DNA of 63,531 nt, the filler included, from Octopus bimaculoides (taxonomy: Eukaryota), in the NCBI RefSeq assembly GCF_001194135.2. It is 8 parts of 7 records of this genome, joined end to end, with 100 filler letters (N's around TTAATTAATTAA, not from the genome) between each part and the next. Parts side by side here need not be neighbours in the genome. Positions count along the whole stretch, not along the records: positions 43,071 to 51,984 come from NC_068981.1; positions 52,085 to 53,994 come from NC_068996.1; positions 54,095 to 59,267 come from NC_068991.1; positions 59,368 to 60,776 come from NC_068999.1; positions 60,877 to 63,531 come from NC_068985.1; 3 more parts are not named here. The stretch is one strand, 5' to 3'. Below the pieces are notes generated by a model. The model did no database searches. It was given only the letters and a program-made list of their open reading frames with translations, and was not told the origin of the DNA. This document shows, in pieces, positions 50,961 to 63,531 of this stretch; the stretch's first letter is position 1; each line of letters opens with the position of its first letter. The position numbers and the translations under genes were made by a program.

Positions 50961-51823
50961 AACAACGACGATGTCGATATTGATGAGGATTTAGCGGAAC
51001 CGGTTGATTACAGCAGTCAGTAAAATAGTACTGTAAGACCGAATTAGTGACTTTGCCAACATTTTGTTGTTTAAAGACCACGACCTCCAGGTAAGATACC
51101 ACTACTACCCCACAAAGACATTCCAAATGAACCAACATATTTTTACTTGAACTACTCAATTGAATTATTATACGGAAACAAAGACCATTCGAAAAATCGG
51201 TGTAATACACAAACGCTTTCACCAGATGTCTGGAGTTGATTTCAATGAAATAGCAGAAGAACCGAGAAAGAGTTCTAATATATTTTTCATGTTGCGGGTA
51301 TCATTTTTACATCTGCAAGAACATTTGGAGTAAATATTTTACGGTTTCCCTTTATTATTTTCTTTATTGTTGATGTATCCAGTTGGTATGAATTCTGACA
51401 GCTGTATCCAGTTGTTATGAATTTCAGAACTAGTGGAACTTCGCTGTGGATTCGATCGAATCCCCAACAAGTTTACACGAGATATCCTAACGACAATGTA
51501 AACTTCATATCAGCAAAGTATCCTTGGCCGACCCTCGTTTGGATAATTTACTACTTCCGAGAATCTGCTAGCTATGAAACATATGTAACTTGTATTTTAT
51601 CAACTCCATCCCCTAATTTATGTGTGTGAGTGTGTGTTATTTTATTCTTTTACTTTTTTCAGTCATTTGGAGCACCGCCCTTAGTCGAACAATTCGACTC
51701 CAGGACTTATACTTTGTAAGCTTAGTACTTATTCTGTCGGTCTCTTTTGCTGAACTGCTAGTTTACGGAGACGTAAGCACACTAATATCGATTGTCAAGC
51801 GATCGGGGGAACGCAGACACACA

Positions 51824-51869
<46 letters not shown>

Positions 51870-52242
51870 TTGTAAGATTTTTGATGTGAAATCGTGTGTT
51901 GAAACAGATGTTGTTGTACTTGGGGATGGTCATATTTGGTGTTAATTTGCTTCAGCTTTATATTACATTAACCTTAATCTTATTNNNNNNNNNNNNNNNN
52001 NNNNNNNNNNNNNNNNNNNNNNNNNNNNTTAATTAATTAANNNNNNNNNNNNNNNNNNNNNNNNNNNNNNNNNNNNNNNNNNNNCCTTAATCCCCTGAGA
52101 TTGCAGATAATATTTCTGAATCTCTTTGATTCTTTAAATGTGCTGGCCCCCTGATAATTAATCGATATTAATTAATATATTAATATATGACTAATTACCA
52201 GATCTTATAATTATATATATATATATATATATATATGTCTGT

Positions 52243-52281
<39 letters not shown>

Positions 52282-52319
52282 CCTATCTACCTATCTATCT
52301 ATCTATCTATCTATCTATC

Positions 52320-52350
<31 letters not shown>

Positions 52351-52374
52351 ATATATATATATACACACACACAG

Positions 52375-53223
52375 AATCCAGATCTGTGGCTGGAGCAAAA
52401 TGCCAACTAGGTCAAGGGTGACATGGTGGTGGAAAAAGGATGTAAACAATGCCATAAAAGCAAAGAGACAGAATTGGTAAGACTGGCAAAATTATGGTAG
52501 ATGAAGATTATATCAGGTAGCCAGAAGGGAAGCTAAGCAACAGGTTTACAAAGTGAAAGGAAAATCAGAAAGTATGAGATTCGCCAATGCTTTACATCAT
52601 GCGGATCAAAGGTGTGAGGTGTTTTGGATTTCAAAGCAGCGTATCAGAGAGAACTGAGATTTTGCAGATGAGATATATGTGTGAATGGATAATGGTATGC
52701 CTGAGAAGAAAGAGGCCACTATGAGAAGAAATGCCACTATGAAAGGTTTCTAAATGTGGATAATTGAAAGAAGAAAGTAAGTCTTCCTAATATGCAGCAC
52801 CTGAGTAACCAGGCATCATAGTTGACAAACTGTATGAAAGATAAAGCAATTAAAGATATGAAGACAGAGAAAGCCCCTGGACCATCAGGAATCATCACTG
52901 AGATTCTTGAATATCTGGTGGTATAGGTCATAGCCTAGTCACCTGTATAATCAATCATGCAATCTGGAGGTACAGGAATGTGTCATACCCATTGACTGGT
53001 GTAGCAGCATTATAGTCAGCTGCTACAGGTTAACTGAGCTGCCTTACATAGAAAGAATGTCAGAGGTATCAAACTTTTTGACCAGGTCCCAAAGTTAGAG
53101 AGTTATAGTTCAATTGATAAAGAATAGAATTAGACTAGATGAGGTGCAGTTTGGTTTTGATGCCAAGGAGGAGAAATATGGATGCTATCTTCCTAGTGCA
53201 GATGAAGTATCTTGCTAAAAATA
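52375..53223 (+). mobile_element. Degenerate RTE-clade LINE fragment
   Basis: TWWWKKDVNNAIKAKR, KAIKDMKTEKAPGPSGII, DWCSSIIVSCY, RGIKL, RLDEVQFGF.MPRRRNMDAIFLV, KYLAK. Ends exactly at the Gypsy LTR. Confidence 0.85.
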
Positions 53224-53511
53224 TGTGGTGTGTGCGTGCGAGTAGATGTAATCGCCTTACCTCGGTTTTCCTTTCGTCAACTGCGAGTCTGTCTTGCGGT
53301 ATCCAATCCTTGAAGCTTGCCTCGACCCAAAGAACACCAGGAATAGCAGCTGCTTCTCCCAAACCTAGACCGTCGCTTAACACGTCTTGTCTTGACCACA
53401 ACCCCGTTCGAAAAGGGCACGAATCCCGATCGAGGCTCCCTCTGCCCTTTTTCCTCTTCCGGTCAACTTGCCCTTCCAGTCAGCGTCCCCAGACACTGAC
53501 GTCATACCACA
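53224..53511 (-). mobile_element. 3' LTR of a Gypsy-type retrotransposon
   Basis: 288 bp with perfect terminal inverted TGTGGT...ACCACA. Preceded on the minus strand by the purine-rich tract AAGATCAGGGTGGCG. Confidence 0.8.
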
Positions 53512-53543
53512 CGCCACCCTGATCTTAAAGATCACGTTCACCC

Positions 53544-53993
53544 CTACTCCAATTCGAAGTCCGCCATCCAACCGGGCGGGCGCCTTACACGTCGAGATCT
53601 TCTCAAGCCAGGTGGCTCATTTCCATCGCGCTCTTCATCCGACAAAGTGGCTATCCTGTGCAGGTCCAGCACGTGACGCGGCATTCCATCCACAGATACA
53701 CTGTTTCTGGAATTGACCGCTGTCACTGTTCCCCTGCCCCATTGTGATGTGCAGCGTGCCTTCGGCGGCTTGACCCAAACTTCCTCCCCTACTTTCACGC
53801 CGGCGGGTCCCTTCTCTTCCTCGCAGAACTCCGGCGTCTTACTGGGATGCCTCCATTCATATTTGAACACCGTTCTGTGCGGCACAGACTCTTCCGCTTG
53901 TCTGGATCGGGGAGACATGTTGTACCAGTAGACCGCTTCCAGGGGCGAAATGTGCCCCCTTTCAGCCATGGCCTTGATCGTCCGATGGTGCCT
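53544..53993 (-). CDS. Gypsy integrase C-terminal region (pol end), truncated by a gap
   Basis: Stop-free RHHRTIKAMAERG...YWYNMSPR...KVGEEVWVKPPKARCTSQWGRGTV...VDGMPRHVLDL...LRRSRRVRRPPGWMADFELE*: integrase ER..RTIK helix, GPY/F-type region and RRS.R.R.PP tail. Confidence 0.85.
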   Translation of the reverse strand, partial: RHHRTIKAMAERGHISPLEAVYWYNMSPRSRQAEESVPHRTVFKYEWRHPSKTPEFCEEEKGPAGVKVGEEVWVKPPKARCTSQWGRGTVTAVNSRNSVSVDGMPRHVLDLHRIATLSDEERDGNEPPGLRRSRRVRRPPGWMADFELE

Positions 53994-54094
53994 CNNNNNN
54001 NNNNNNNNNNNNNNNNNNNNNNNNNNNNNNNNNNNNNNTTAATTAATTAANNNNNNNNNNNNNNNNNNNNNNNNNNNNNNNNNNNNNNNNNNNN

Positions 54095-54126
<32 letters not shown>

Positions 54127-54552
54127 CAGAGACATTGGAAGATCAATAAGAAGCAACCATAATGGATGATATTTTTTTCTGCCGTTAGGAATGTCGGAGT
54201 GGTAAAGTAGCGAACCGGAAAAAAACGAAATGGTTGAAACGGAGATGTGTTTGTTTGTTGGTGGAGATTTTTGTTAAATGGAGAGAAGTTATAAAGTAAA
54301 TAATAGAAAACTCACAAGAGGAAACAATATTTGTTGTGTGCGCGCGTGCCTGTGTGTGTGTGTGTGTGTGCGTGCGTGTGTGTGTGTGTGTGTGTGTAAG
54401 GGTGAGTGAGGACTTTACAGCCAAAGAGCAGTCACAAATTGACATTTATGTCATCACTTTGTTCCGCACTTTCATATCCACTACCTTTCCATTCTCCCTC
54501 CTACCCTATTTCTCTTCTCATCTCTCTCCCCAACACTCTCCCACCTTCTCTT

Positions 54553-54585
<33 letters not shown>

Positions 54586-54864
54586 ACTCCTCTTTCTTTT
54601 TCCTTCTTTTTCTCTGTTTAGCTATCAAACACCTTTTCACCATTTCACCATCACAGTCTCTCTCCTTTCTATCTCTATCTCTCTCCGCCTCCGTCTCTCT
54701 TTCTCTCTCCCCCTCACTCTACCTCACCCTTTCATCATAACGAATTTCTTTTACTTCCCATCTTGACCTGCATGGAGTGATGACCGCAATAGTACAGAGC
54801 TAGTCTCAATACAACTCTCTGTTACATGTTCAAATCTGAATTGAATCTTTGATATTTAATGTTG

Positions 54865-55000
54865 TGTAGGCGATGAACTGGTAGGATCGTTAACACGCTG
54901 AGTAAAATACTTGGCGGCATTTCTCCCGCCTTCACGTTCTGAGTTCAAATTCCGCCGACGTTCACTTTGCCTTTCATCCTTTCAGAGCCGATAAAATAGA
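54865..55000 (+). mobile_element. SINE family B copy (partial)
   Basis: GGCGATGAACTGGTAGGATCGTTA...GAGTTCAAATTCCGCCGA...CTTTGCCTTTCATCC. Confidence 0.7.
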
Positions 55001-55288
55001 AGCAACTTACGCTGGTCGCTATAGTGTATGTCGTTGGAGGATAACTTCTTCTTTTTACGATGACAGTGAGTTCAATAAACTCGTCTCATCGGCGCGCGAC
55101 ATTCTGCAACACCGGTGTTTTGATCTGTTGTATCTTATCAGACAGAAGCAGCTGGAACTCTGTGCTCAAACAAAGCCGCTGGCTCTGTCTATACTTTCAG
55201 CGAACAAGTTGTTTGCTGATCAGTGCTTTTATCTGCCAACCAATATAAAAACTGTCATTTTCACCGTGTACAATGAAATCTTAGATAT

Positions 55289-55365
<77 letters not shown>

Positions 55366-55844
55366 NNNNNNNNNNNNNNNNNNNNNNNNNNNNNNNNNNN
55401 NNNNNNNNNNNNNNNNNNNNNNNNNNNNNNNNNNNNNNNNNNNNNNNNNNNNNNNNNNNNNNNNNNNNNNNNNNNNNNNNNNNNNNNNNNNNNNNNNNNN
55501 NNNNNNNNNNNNNNNNNNNNNNNNNNNNNNNNNNNNNNNNNNNNNNNNNNNNNNNNNNNNNNNNNNNNNNNNNNNNNNNNNNNNNNNNNNNNNNNNNNNN
55601 NNNNNNNNNNNNNNNNNNNNNNNNNNNNNNNNNNNNNNNNNNNNNNNNNNNNNNNNNNNNNNNNNNNNNNNNNNNNNNNNNNNNNNNNNNNNNNNNNNNN
55701 NNNNNNNNNNNNNNNNNNNNNNNNNNNNNNNNNNNNNNNNNNNNNNNNNNNNNNNNNNNNNNNNNNNNNNNNNNNNNNNNNNNNNNNNNNNNNNNNNNNN
55801 NNNNNNNNNNNNNNNNNNNNNNNNNNNNNNNNNNNNNNNNNNNN

Positions 55845-55886
<42 letters not shown>

Positions 55887-55895
55887 AGAGAGAGA

Positions 55896-55927
<32 letters not shown>

Positions 55928-56313
55928 AATAGATAGATACTTGTATATAATTATTTATGTGTGTACGTGCGTGTTTGTGTGATTGTGTATGTGTGTGTGT
56001 GCATGGTGCGTGTGTGCATGGTGCGTGTGTGCGCAAGCGCGTATATGTGTATGGATTATAGTTAATTCATAATTATTATTGACAAATGCGACAGATACGC
56101 TTGTAAAGAGACTCAAGTAACTTATTCTGTCATGTTTACGATGGCAAATCTTTCACTAAAATGGTTGTATAATTTAATCGAATTATTGCATATAGTCTAT
56201 AACTTGTAACGACTATCTGGATCCAGAGCTGGATATCCTGTAAGCAAAATAAATACGTATTTAGGGCACCAAAGGAATGGTAAATGGTTTATGGCACTTT
56301 AAACTTGCTAAAA

Positions 56314-56666
56314 CAGAGGTTCTCAACCATTTTTTTATCTATGGACCCCTTTGATTACTATTTTATTTGGGTGGACCCCCACAGCCATCTGATGTTGAAA
56401 AACAAGTTTTATAGGAAATTTCTTTCAAAATTCCTCTTTTGCTTTTCACACATTAACTTGTGTAGGTTGAACTATGTAAAATGTTAAAGAAAGAAACCTA
56501 GCTGCTTCTTGCAAGACATAACAATATATATATTGAAAGCAAAATTTTTTCAGGAGCCCTTAAAAGACTATTGTGGATCCCCACTTTACTAGTTTGCTTG
56601 TGTGGATCCTCCAAAAATCTTATATGCACCATCAGAGGCCATATGAACTCCAGTTGAGAACCACTG
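56314..56666. mobile_element. hAT (Charlie-like) MITE
   Basis: TIRs CAGAGGTTCTCAAC / GTTGAGAACCACTG flanked by an 8-bp target duplication TGCTAAAA / TACTAAAA (7 of 8 match). Confidence 0.85.
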
Positions 56667-58261
56667 TACTAAAATAATACTCAGGATGCCTTATTTAGTA
56701 TAGAAACAGATGTGTTACATAAGATTAATTTTCAGGACCTGATCAAATCTTTTGCAATGCAAAAGAGTAGGAGAAAACTTTTCACATGTAGCATTTTTTA
56801 CTTTGAGAAAAAACGTTTTTTTTTTTCAAATGTTCCCAACTTTACAAAATCTATATCAGCTGAGCAAATGACCTTTTCTAAATGCATTGAAAACACTAAA
56901 GCATATTCAGCACACAAATTCAGAAAATAATCTCCGATCTCTTTGAGCATTCAAAAAGACATCTCCTACAGCCGCACCATGCGCTGTAGGAGAAATATTT
57001 TCCAGTCAAGTGCGGCTGTATTGAGGCTTTTTAAAATTATAACCATGTTAAAAAAGATATACAGATTGCTTTTCGATATTGCATCCGTCGCATGTAATGG
57101 ATTTTTACCCGACCCGACAGTTATTTGTGAAACCAGTGACTGATTAGTTTCTATTATTCTATAAATCAGTAGAGGGGAAATTTGTCTAAGCATGCGGGGA
57201 TAGTCGATATCTGCCGACAATGATGCGTAAATACGAAATCACGTGGTCTAGCAGTTCAACCTCCGTTGCTGGACATTTTTCCTGTTATAAACACCGTCAT
57301 AAGTTCACTTCTGAAAAGTGCACACAGAATAAACATCCGGTGAGTCAACACCGGGGGAAATAGCAATACATACCCAACAACACCAAAGCACCAACGGAAC
57401 AGCATAGCAGGTTAAGATATGAAAATAAGGACAGATTAGATAAATATAGCTACAAACACTCTCCAGAATATTTGGATTAAAATTTTCTGTAGCAGTTGCA
57501 GATATCAAATAAGCAGTTGTGAAGTAGACAGAATCAATAGAAATAGCATAAACAATAGGTAAATACAGAATGACTACTGAATTGACAAATGAATGTGCAA
57601 TAAACAATCGTAGTAAAACAGAACACTGTCTTACAAAACAGGAGACGATTTCGCAGTCAATAAGCCGAGACACAACAACTATTATGTTAACCAATGGAAA
57701 ACGATATACTGACAAAAAATTTCAGAGAAACCGGATATAAAAAAATGTTGTACAGGTAGACGACAGAAAAGCGAATCATTGATAATACAGAATAAACAAC
57801 TATATGGAAACTGAAACATGAAAAGCTTTAGTCAACGCCCGATTACAACAACATGAAAACGATTGCATAGATTAACGACTAAACGTACGTTAATGCACAC
57901 AAAACCAGTTCGGACACAAACGGAAAAGTTTTCACATGATCACAGAGGCGTGAAATTCGAATCACGAAAGCATGAATTCGGTTTCAATAAACAATATACT
58001 CTATAACATGTATTGAGTACACTCTTGCCCTTTTATTGAGAAAGAGCAATACAGTCATATCTGAATGCGTGCGGCAGATTTCTTCTATCCATACTTTCTC
58101 TCACTATAAACACACACACACTCCCTCTCTCTCTATCTCTATTTCTCTCTCTCCCTCTCACACACACACACACACGCGAATTCACGCCCGCATACACACA
58201 CATATATGTATGCAGCAATCCCTCGACTATCACGGTTGTTACAAATAATTCCCTCTGCCAA

Positions 58262-58456
58262 CATGCAATAATCCACAGGCAACATATCCGACAAGAAGAA
58301 TTACGCAAGGTTCCATTAAGTAAGCATCTGGAAATATGCGGCGACAGAAAATTCAAAATTTTTCCCTTTTACAAATGTGCAAGGGACGATCCGCAATACC
58401 GAAAAGCAATGGAACTACATTTCATAAAAAAATTCTCTCCAAAATTGAACGTTTGA
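58262..58456 (+). mobile_element. Penelope-like GIY-YIG endonuclease C-terminal fragment
   Basis: HAIIHRQHIRQEELRKVPLSKHLEICGDRKFKIFPFYKC...RKAMELHFIKKFSPKLNV*: typical E..FI....P.LN end. Confidence 0.75.
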
Positions 58457-58627
58457 AAGAAAAGCAGAGACAGTACGTTTTGCAAGTGCTATACTAATGT
58501 TCTCTAACGCAAAATCATGGAACTGAAAATGGCATGATCGACGTTACACAGTATAAACATGGACAAATTCCAAACCACACACAGACACACACACGCGCAC
58601 ACACACACAGAGAAACATGCACACACG

Positions 58628-58710
<83 letters not shown>

Positions 58711-58869
58711 CATCAGGGAATTCTCCCTAAAATTGAATGTTTGAAGGTAAAGTGGAGAATTTGAATTCTTTATTTCAAATGTGGCGAATCTCTACAAATG
58801 TTCAGATATATATGTATGTGTGTGTGTGTGTGTAGCATTGAGATGTTGTAGCTTTACGTATATAGAAGT

Positions 58870-59245
58870 GGATGTGTGGTAAGTAGCTTGCTTACCAACC
58901 ACATGGTTCCGGGTTCAGTCTTACTGCATGGAACCTTGGGCTAGTGTCTTCTACTATAGCCTCGGGCTAACCAAAGCCTTGTGAGTGGATTTGATAGACG
59001 GAAACTGAAAGAAACCCATGTATGTGTGTGTATATGTTTGTGTGTCTGTGCTTGTCTCTCCAACATCGCTTGACAACCGATGCTGGTGTGTTTAGGTCCC
59101 CGTAACTTAACGGTTCGGCAAAAGAGACCGATAGAATAAGTACTAGGCTTACAAAGAATAAGTCCTGGGGTCGATTTGCTCGACTAAAGGCGGTACTCCA
59201 GCATGGCCGCAGTCAAATGACTGAAACAAGTAGAAGATTAAAAGA
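58870..59245 (+). mobile_element. SINE family A, full length
   Basis: GTGTGGTAAGTAGCTTGC...GGTTCCGGGTTCAGTC..., internal (GT)n, GATAGAATAAGTAC...CTGGGGTCGATTTGCTCGACT...GACTGAAACAAGTA. Confidence 0.85.
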
Positions 59246-60974
59246 ATAAAGAATATGTATGTATGTANNNNNNNNNNNNNNNNNNNNNNNNNNNNNNNNN
59301 NNNNNNNNNNNTTAATTAATTAANNNNNNNNNNNNNNNNNNNNNNNNNNNNNNNNNNNNNNNNNNNNATATATATATATATATATATATACATATACATA
59401 GCATGGCAAGAAAAAAATGAATGAGACCTCGATATTATGTAAATAGATGAATTTACCTGTATAGATATATGTATACTGATAGAGATAAAAAGAATGAACG
59501 AGTGAAAGTGTGAAATGGACAGATGTATAGATATGAAGGTTACACACACGATATAAAGTTGCGTAGTCCTTTAAAATGCTTAGTAAATATCTACACATCT
59601 CATTAAATAGAATCTGTTTGCAAATAAATCCTGGAATTCTCTGAATTATGAAGAGCAGATGAAGAAATAGCGCGTCGTGCAATGTGCCTTAAACCCCACA
59701 ACAAAGAATAAACCGTGGCCGTGGTATCGTGATTCAACTTTAAAAAAGAGTATCGACGTAGGAGATGATAGTAAAGTATACAAGGTGTGATGACTAATGG
59801 TAGACTATGAACTTGACCCATTCTTAAATATCCTTTACTCATGCTCCAAACACCAACTTGTTTCTAAGCAAACACTCTAATATATATCCATGCTTCGATA
59901 CACAATTGAATGCTTCAGGTTTCGAGGTTATTCAACACGTCTAACTCTACATATATACATACATACATACATATATATATATNNNNNNNNNNNNNNNNNN
60001 NNNNNNNNNNNNNNNNNNNNNNNNNNNNNNNNNNNNNNNNNNNNNNNNNNNNNNNNNNNNNNNNNNNNNNNNNNNNNNNNNNGTTGTTCCTTTCTTTTCT
60101 TATCTTATGTATTTCAGTCATTTGACTGCGGTCAAGCTGGACCACCGCCTTTCGTCTATTCGAGCAAATCGAACTCTGGACTTATTCTTTGTAAACATAA
60201 TAAATATTCTATAGGACTCTATTGCTGAACCGCCCCTTTACGGTGACATAAACGCACTACCATCGGTTGTCAAGATATATTGGGGGAACAAATATAGACA
60301 CACATATACACATATGTACGTATGTATTATGTATATGCGCATTCATGTATGTATATATTGATATATCTATTAATGCATGCATGTATCTCATATAGATATA
60401 TATGTATACTTCTTCAAGATGAATTTTGTCATCACCTGCCCGCTTGATGGTGGACATATTTTTTATTGCTTTCGTTCGGATTTTGACCAAGCACAGGGAT
60501 CAGCATTTTAAGGAAGAGTAGATAGAAAATACATAGATTATCATGTCTATTTTCTTTACATCACTTCAGTTTTTTTTTTCTACAATGAGCTTAAAATCAT
60601 TCGTTTTATTACTACTGTAAAAAGTAACTAAAAAGAAAAGAACAAGCGACGAAGAATCAATTGCGACGTCCTTACATATTATGCAACATCTTCAAACGAA
60701 GAAACGAATTTTATACTCATATATATAAATTCACACACACACACACACACACACATACACGCACACACACACACACNNNNNNNNNNNNNNNNNNNNNNNN
60801 NNNNNNNNNNNNNNNNNNNNTTAATTAATTAANNNNNNNNNNNNNNNNNNNNNNNNNNNNNNNNNNNNNNNNNNNNTATATATATATGTACGTATGTATG
60901 TATGGGGAGGAGTAGGAAAATAAACAAGAGCATTTAAGGTCATTAAGGCTTTTTTAAGATCAAAAGTTTTGCTA

Positions 60975-61890
60975 GATTGGAGGAGATGTCACCATTGCAA
61001 TTCCTCCTGGGACAGTGTCCCTTGTCTGCAAGTCGTTCAACTTTATATGCTGGTAGCGCAAGGCTTGGAATTTTCCTGCATTAAACTGCATGTTATTGTC
61101 CTCAGCCCACCTGTATATTGCGCCCAACTCCCGTTGCGGATGTACAATATTTCCAGGATTTTGTATTATCTTAGAGATTTTTGTGTCATCTGCATAGCTA
61201 GCAAGGGTGGCTATCAAGCAGCAGAGGGCATGTCTGAGAAGGCCACTATGAATAGCAGTGACTCTAAGACAGTTCCCTGTGGAACACCACTTGCTATTTG
61301 TGTTTCCTTTGAGGTGGTTCCATTGACCACCACTGCCTGACGTCTATCTTTTAGAAAGTCGTGCAACCACTCCCCAAGTTTTCCAACTATGCCGAGATCA
61401 CATAGTGTGTGACGTATCATACCATTGGTCGACTTTATCAAAGGCTTTTGCAAAGTCGAGATATATCAAATCCACACTTGAGTCATTTAGCACCCAGTGG
61501 TAGTGTTGCAATAGCTGTGTTAGGCAGCTTCTACCTGGTCGAAATCTATGCTGCGTGTCAGTCCGCAAGTCATTTTCTTCAAGGAACGCAATTAATTTCT
61601 TGCGGATTATTCGTTCCATGTGTGAGGTCAGAGAGATAGGCTTATAATTTTTAGCATCTGCTCCGTTTCCTCCCTTATGGATAGGGCATATCATTCCTTC
61701 CTTCAGTTTATCTGGGAGCCCACCACTTGCAAGAAAATTCTGAAAAGAAGTTGCAATCGTTCTGCAAGGGCTCGTTTGCACGATTTGAGAAAGACCGCTG
61801 GGAATCCATCAGGGCCAGAAGCTGAGTTTGTGCCAACCTCAGATATGGTTACATCTTCAGTATTTCACTTATTCTCATTGGGTTTTCTGT
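60975..61890 (-). mobile_element. CR1/L2-group LINE reverse-transcriptase fossil
   Basis: SASGPDG, PIHKGG...NYKPISLTS, QHRFRPGRSCLTQLL, IYLDFAKAFDKV, SGVPQGTVL, YADDTKI, WAEDNNMQFNAGKFQ across three frames (frameshifts). Confidence 0.92.
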
Positions 61891-62289
61891 GAGGGAGCCA
61901 TCTTTTTGGAAGAGGAGTTCTATCTTGTGGCGCACTGAAGCTGTTTCTTTGGCAAAGTTATATANNNNNNNNNNATGTATATATTATATGTATGTATGTA
62001 TACAGAGAGAAGAGGAGAAAGAGGGAGATAGAAGAACGTAATGGTGAATTCAATAATTCTATCAAGAGGTGGAGGAGGAGAAGCACAGTAATGACAGAAG
62101 GCAGAGTGGAGCTCGGGATGTAACAATTCTACTCAAAATTACAGTGCAGTTATTTTGTTACATAACTGCACTGTGAAATTGCACTGAAAAACACCAAAAA
62201 TATTTTTGCTATTCAATAATCAATAACAGCACAGTATGTTATTTTCAGTTCTCGACAACGTTTTTATGATATAGGAATTCAATCAAATC

Positions 62290-63030
62290 TGTCAATATTC
62301 TCTCATTACCGAGTAAAGCTTTCTCCCTTATCTCTATAACTTTTTGGTTTGGGTGCTGATCGTCAGTTTTAACCTTCTCATTTGTCGTCCTCTGATTCAT
62401 CTGCTGTTACTCTGGACCTAATTTGTCAGCTTTCTCGGCCATTCATTGTTACCCGTCTTCTGTAGATGTTCCACCTTAACTTAATTTTAACAAGTGTGTG
62501 TACATGTGTGTGCGTTTTCTCCTTGGTCTTGCTTCTGTCGATCGTTTGTTATGTTTTTAGCAAAAGAACGAAAGCTATTATTTTTTTCTACATAAAATAT
62601 GAAGAGTTTCAAGCTACATGAAATACGTACGTTAACAAACTGTTTGAATACCTTCGCCCAGCATTTACTCGTGGTTTGTTGTTCAAATTTCAGCTCACTA
62701 AGAGAATGGGGTGTCAGTCACTTATATGCATGCGTAATTTGCTTGTTCGTTGATCAAATTTCATATCGTTATGCGAGTTTAATTTTCTTTAGGAAAACCA
62801 TTTGTTATTCGATTTGTTCCTATATGGTTTCCCACCCCTCCCCCACTTTGTTTCTACGTCATTGCGAGCATAATGCATTCGTGCTTGTGCTGAGTTTTTC
62901 TTAGCTTGTTTATTAGGTCTTTTGTTCAGTTCCATGCTTCTGCAACATAAATTGTCGGGAAGATGCATTATTTGTAAACTCGTCTTGTTCACTATTGGTG
63001 AACTCGGCTTAAAGACATTGTGTGCCTCTA
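62290..63030 (-). mobile_element. Decayed RTE-X-like LINE C-terminal fragments
   Basis: RRVYK*CIFPTIYVAEAWN*TKDLINKLRKTQ...IMLAMT and EHLQKTGNNEWPRKLT...RGRQMRR match the VY..CILP...YG.E.W.LTK and GH..R..D.RW...RGR..RW patterns. Confidence 0.55.
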
Positions 63031-63254
63031 TATATTGATAGATTGACAGAGACAGACAAACAGATAGACAAATATGAAAATTCTTAGAAAAACAGATTAA
63101 CACGAACCTTTTGGAAGAGAGCTTTTGTATTGTGAGTACACGATTTCGTTGATAAGTTTTCAAACACGTATAATGGAGTGGAAGGAAGTTTTCGTAACCA
63201 AAGTTTCATATCATTCTGTTGTTATATTAAAATTTCTTAATATAACTTTTAATC

Positions 63255-63455
63255 TTTTACTTGTTTCAGTCATTTGACTGCGCCATGCTGGAGCATCGCC
63301 TTTAAGGGTCTTTTAATCAAAGAAATCAGCCCAGAGACTTATTCTTTGTAAATCTAGTACTTATTCTATCTGTCTCTTTTGCCGAACCGCTAGTTACAGG
63401 GATGTAGACACACTAAGATTGGTTGTCAAGTGATGGTTGGGGACAAACACTCACA
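63255..63455 (-). mobile_element. SINE family A 3' half
   Basis: TTACTTGTTTCAGTCATTTGACTGCG.CCATGCTGG...GTACTTATTCTATC...GCCGAACCGCTA.GTTAC. Similar partial copies at about 38000-38160, 51630-51800 and 60100-60280. Confidence 0.75.
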
Positions 63456-63464
63456 AAAATATAT

Positions 63465-63531
<67 letters not shown>

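Noticed and set aside
50887-51320. 111-aa minus ORF and a Cys/His-containing plus-strand remnant suggestive of a piggyBac C-terminus
   Set aside because: The ORF reads like antisense sequence and the plus-strand motif is too decayed to support a call.

Overview
Repeat-dense, gap-rich (many N runs) animal genomic DNA. The microsatellite load and tRNA-headed SINE families suggest a coleoid cephalopod such as Octopus; that is an inference from repeat content. The only convincing host coding sequence is a minus-strand first coding exon (17469-17681) of a type II membrane glycosyltransferase resembling protein xylosyltransferase (oxt/XYLT). No later exon was recognised, so most of 1-17468 is probably a long first intron. 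The rest is mobile DNA: RTE, RTE-X and CR1-like LINE fossils, at least four Penelope-like (PLE) fragments, a young Gypsy LTR plus integrase end abutting an RTE copy, a Tc1/mariner transposase fossil, mariner, hAT and other MITEs, and several SINE families. The most interesting signal is a fold-back element at 23665-24191. It joins a tRNA-like Pol III head, an (AAT)n run and two oppositely oriented minimal hammerhead ribozyme motifs of the PLE type. A third, degenerate hammerhead motif lies at 28544-28579. Other leads are an unexplained 72-codon ORF with strong codon bias (291-509), a triple C2H2 zinc-finger fragment (9716-10084) and a MITE carrying octamer and CCAAT boxes in both arms (36104-36750). 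No CRISPR array, rRNA or true tRNA gene was found. TTAATTAATTAA islands inside N gaps are assembly spacers. Most repeat boundaries are approximate.
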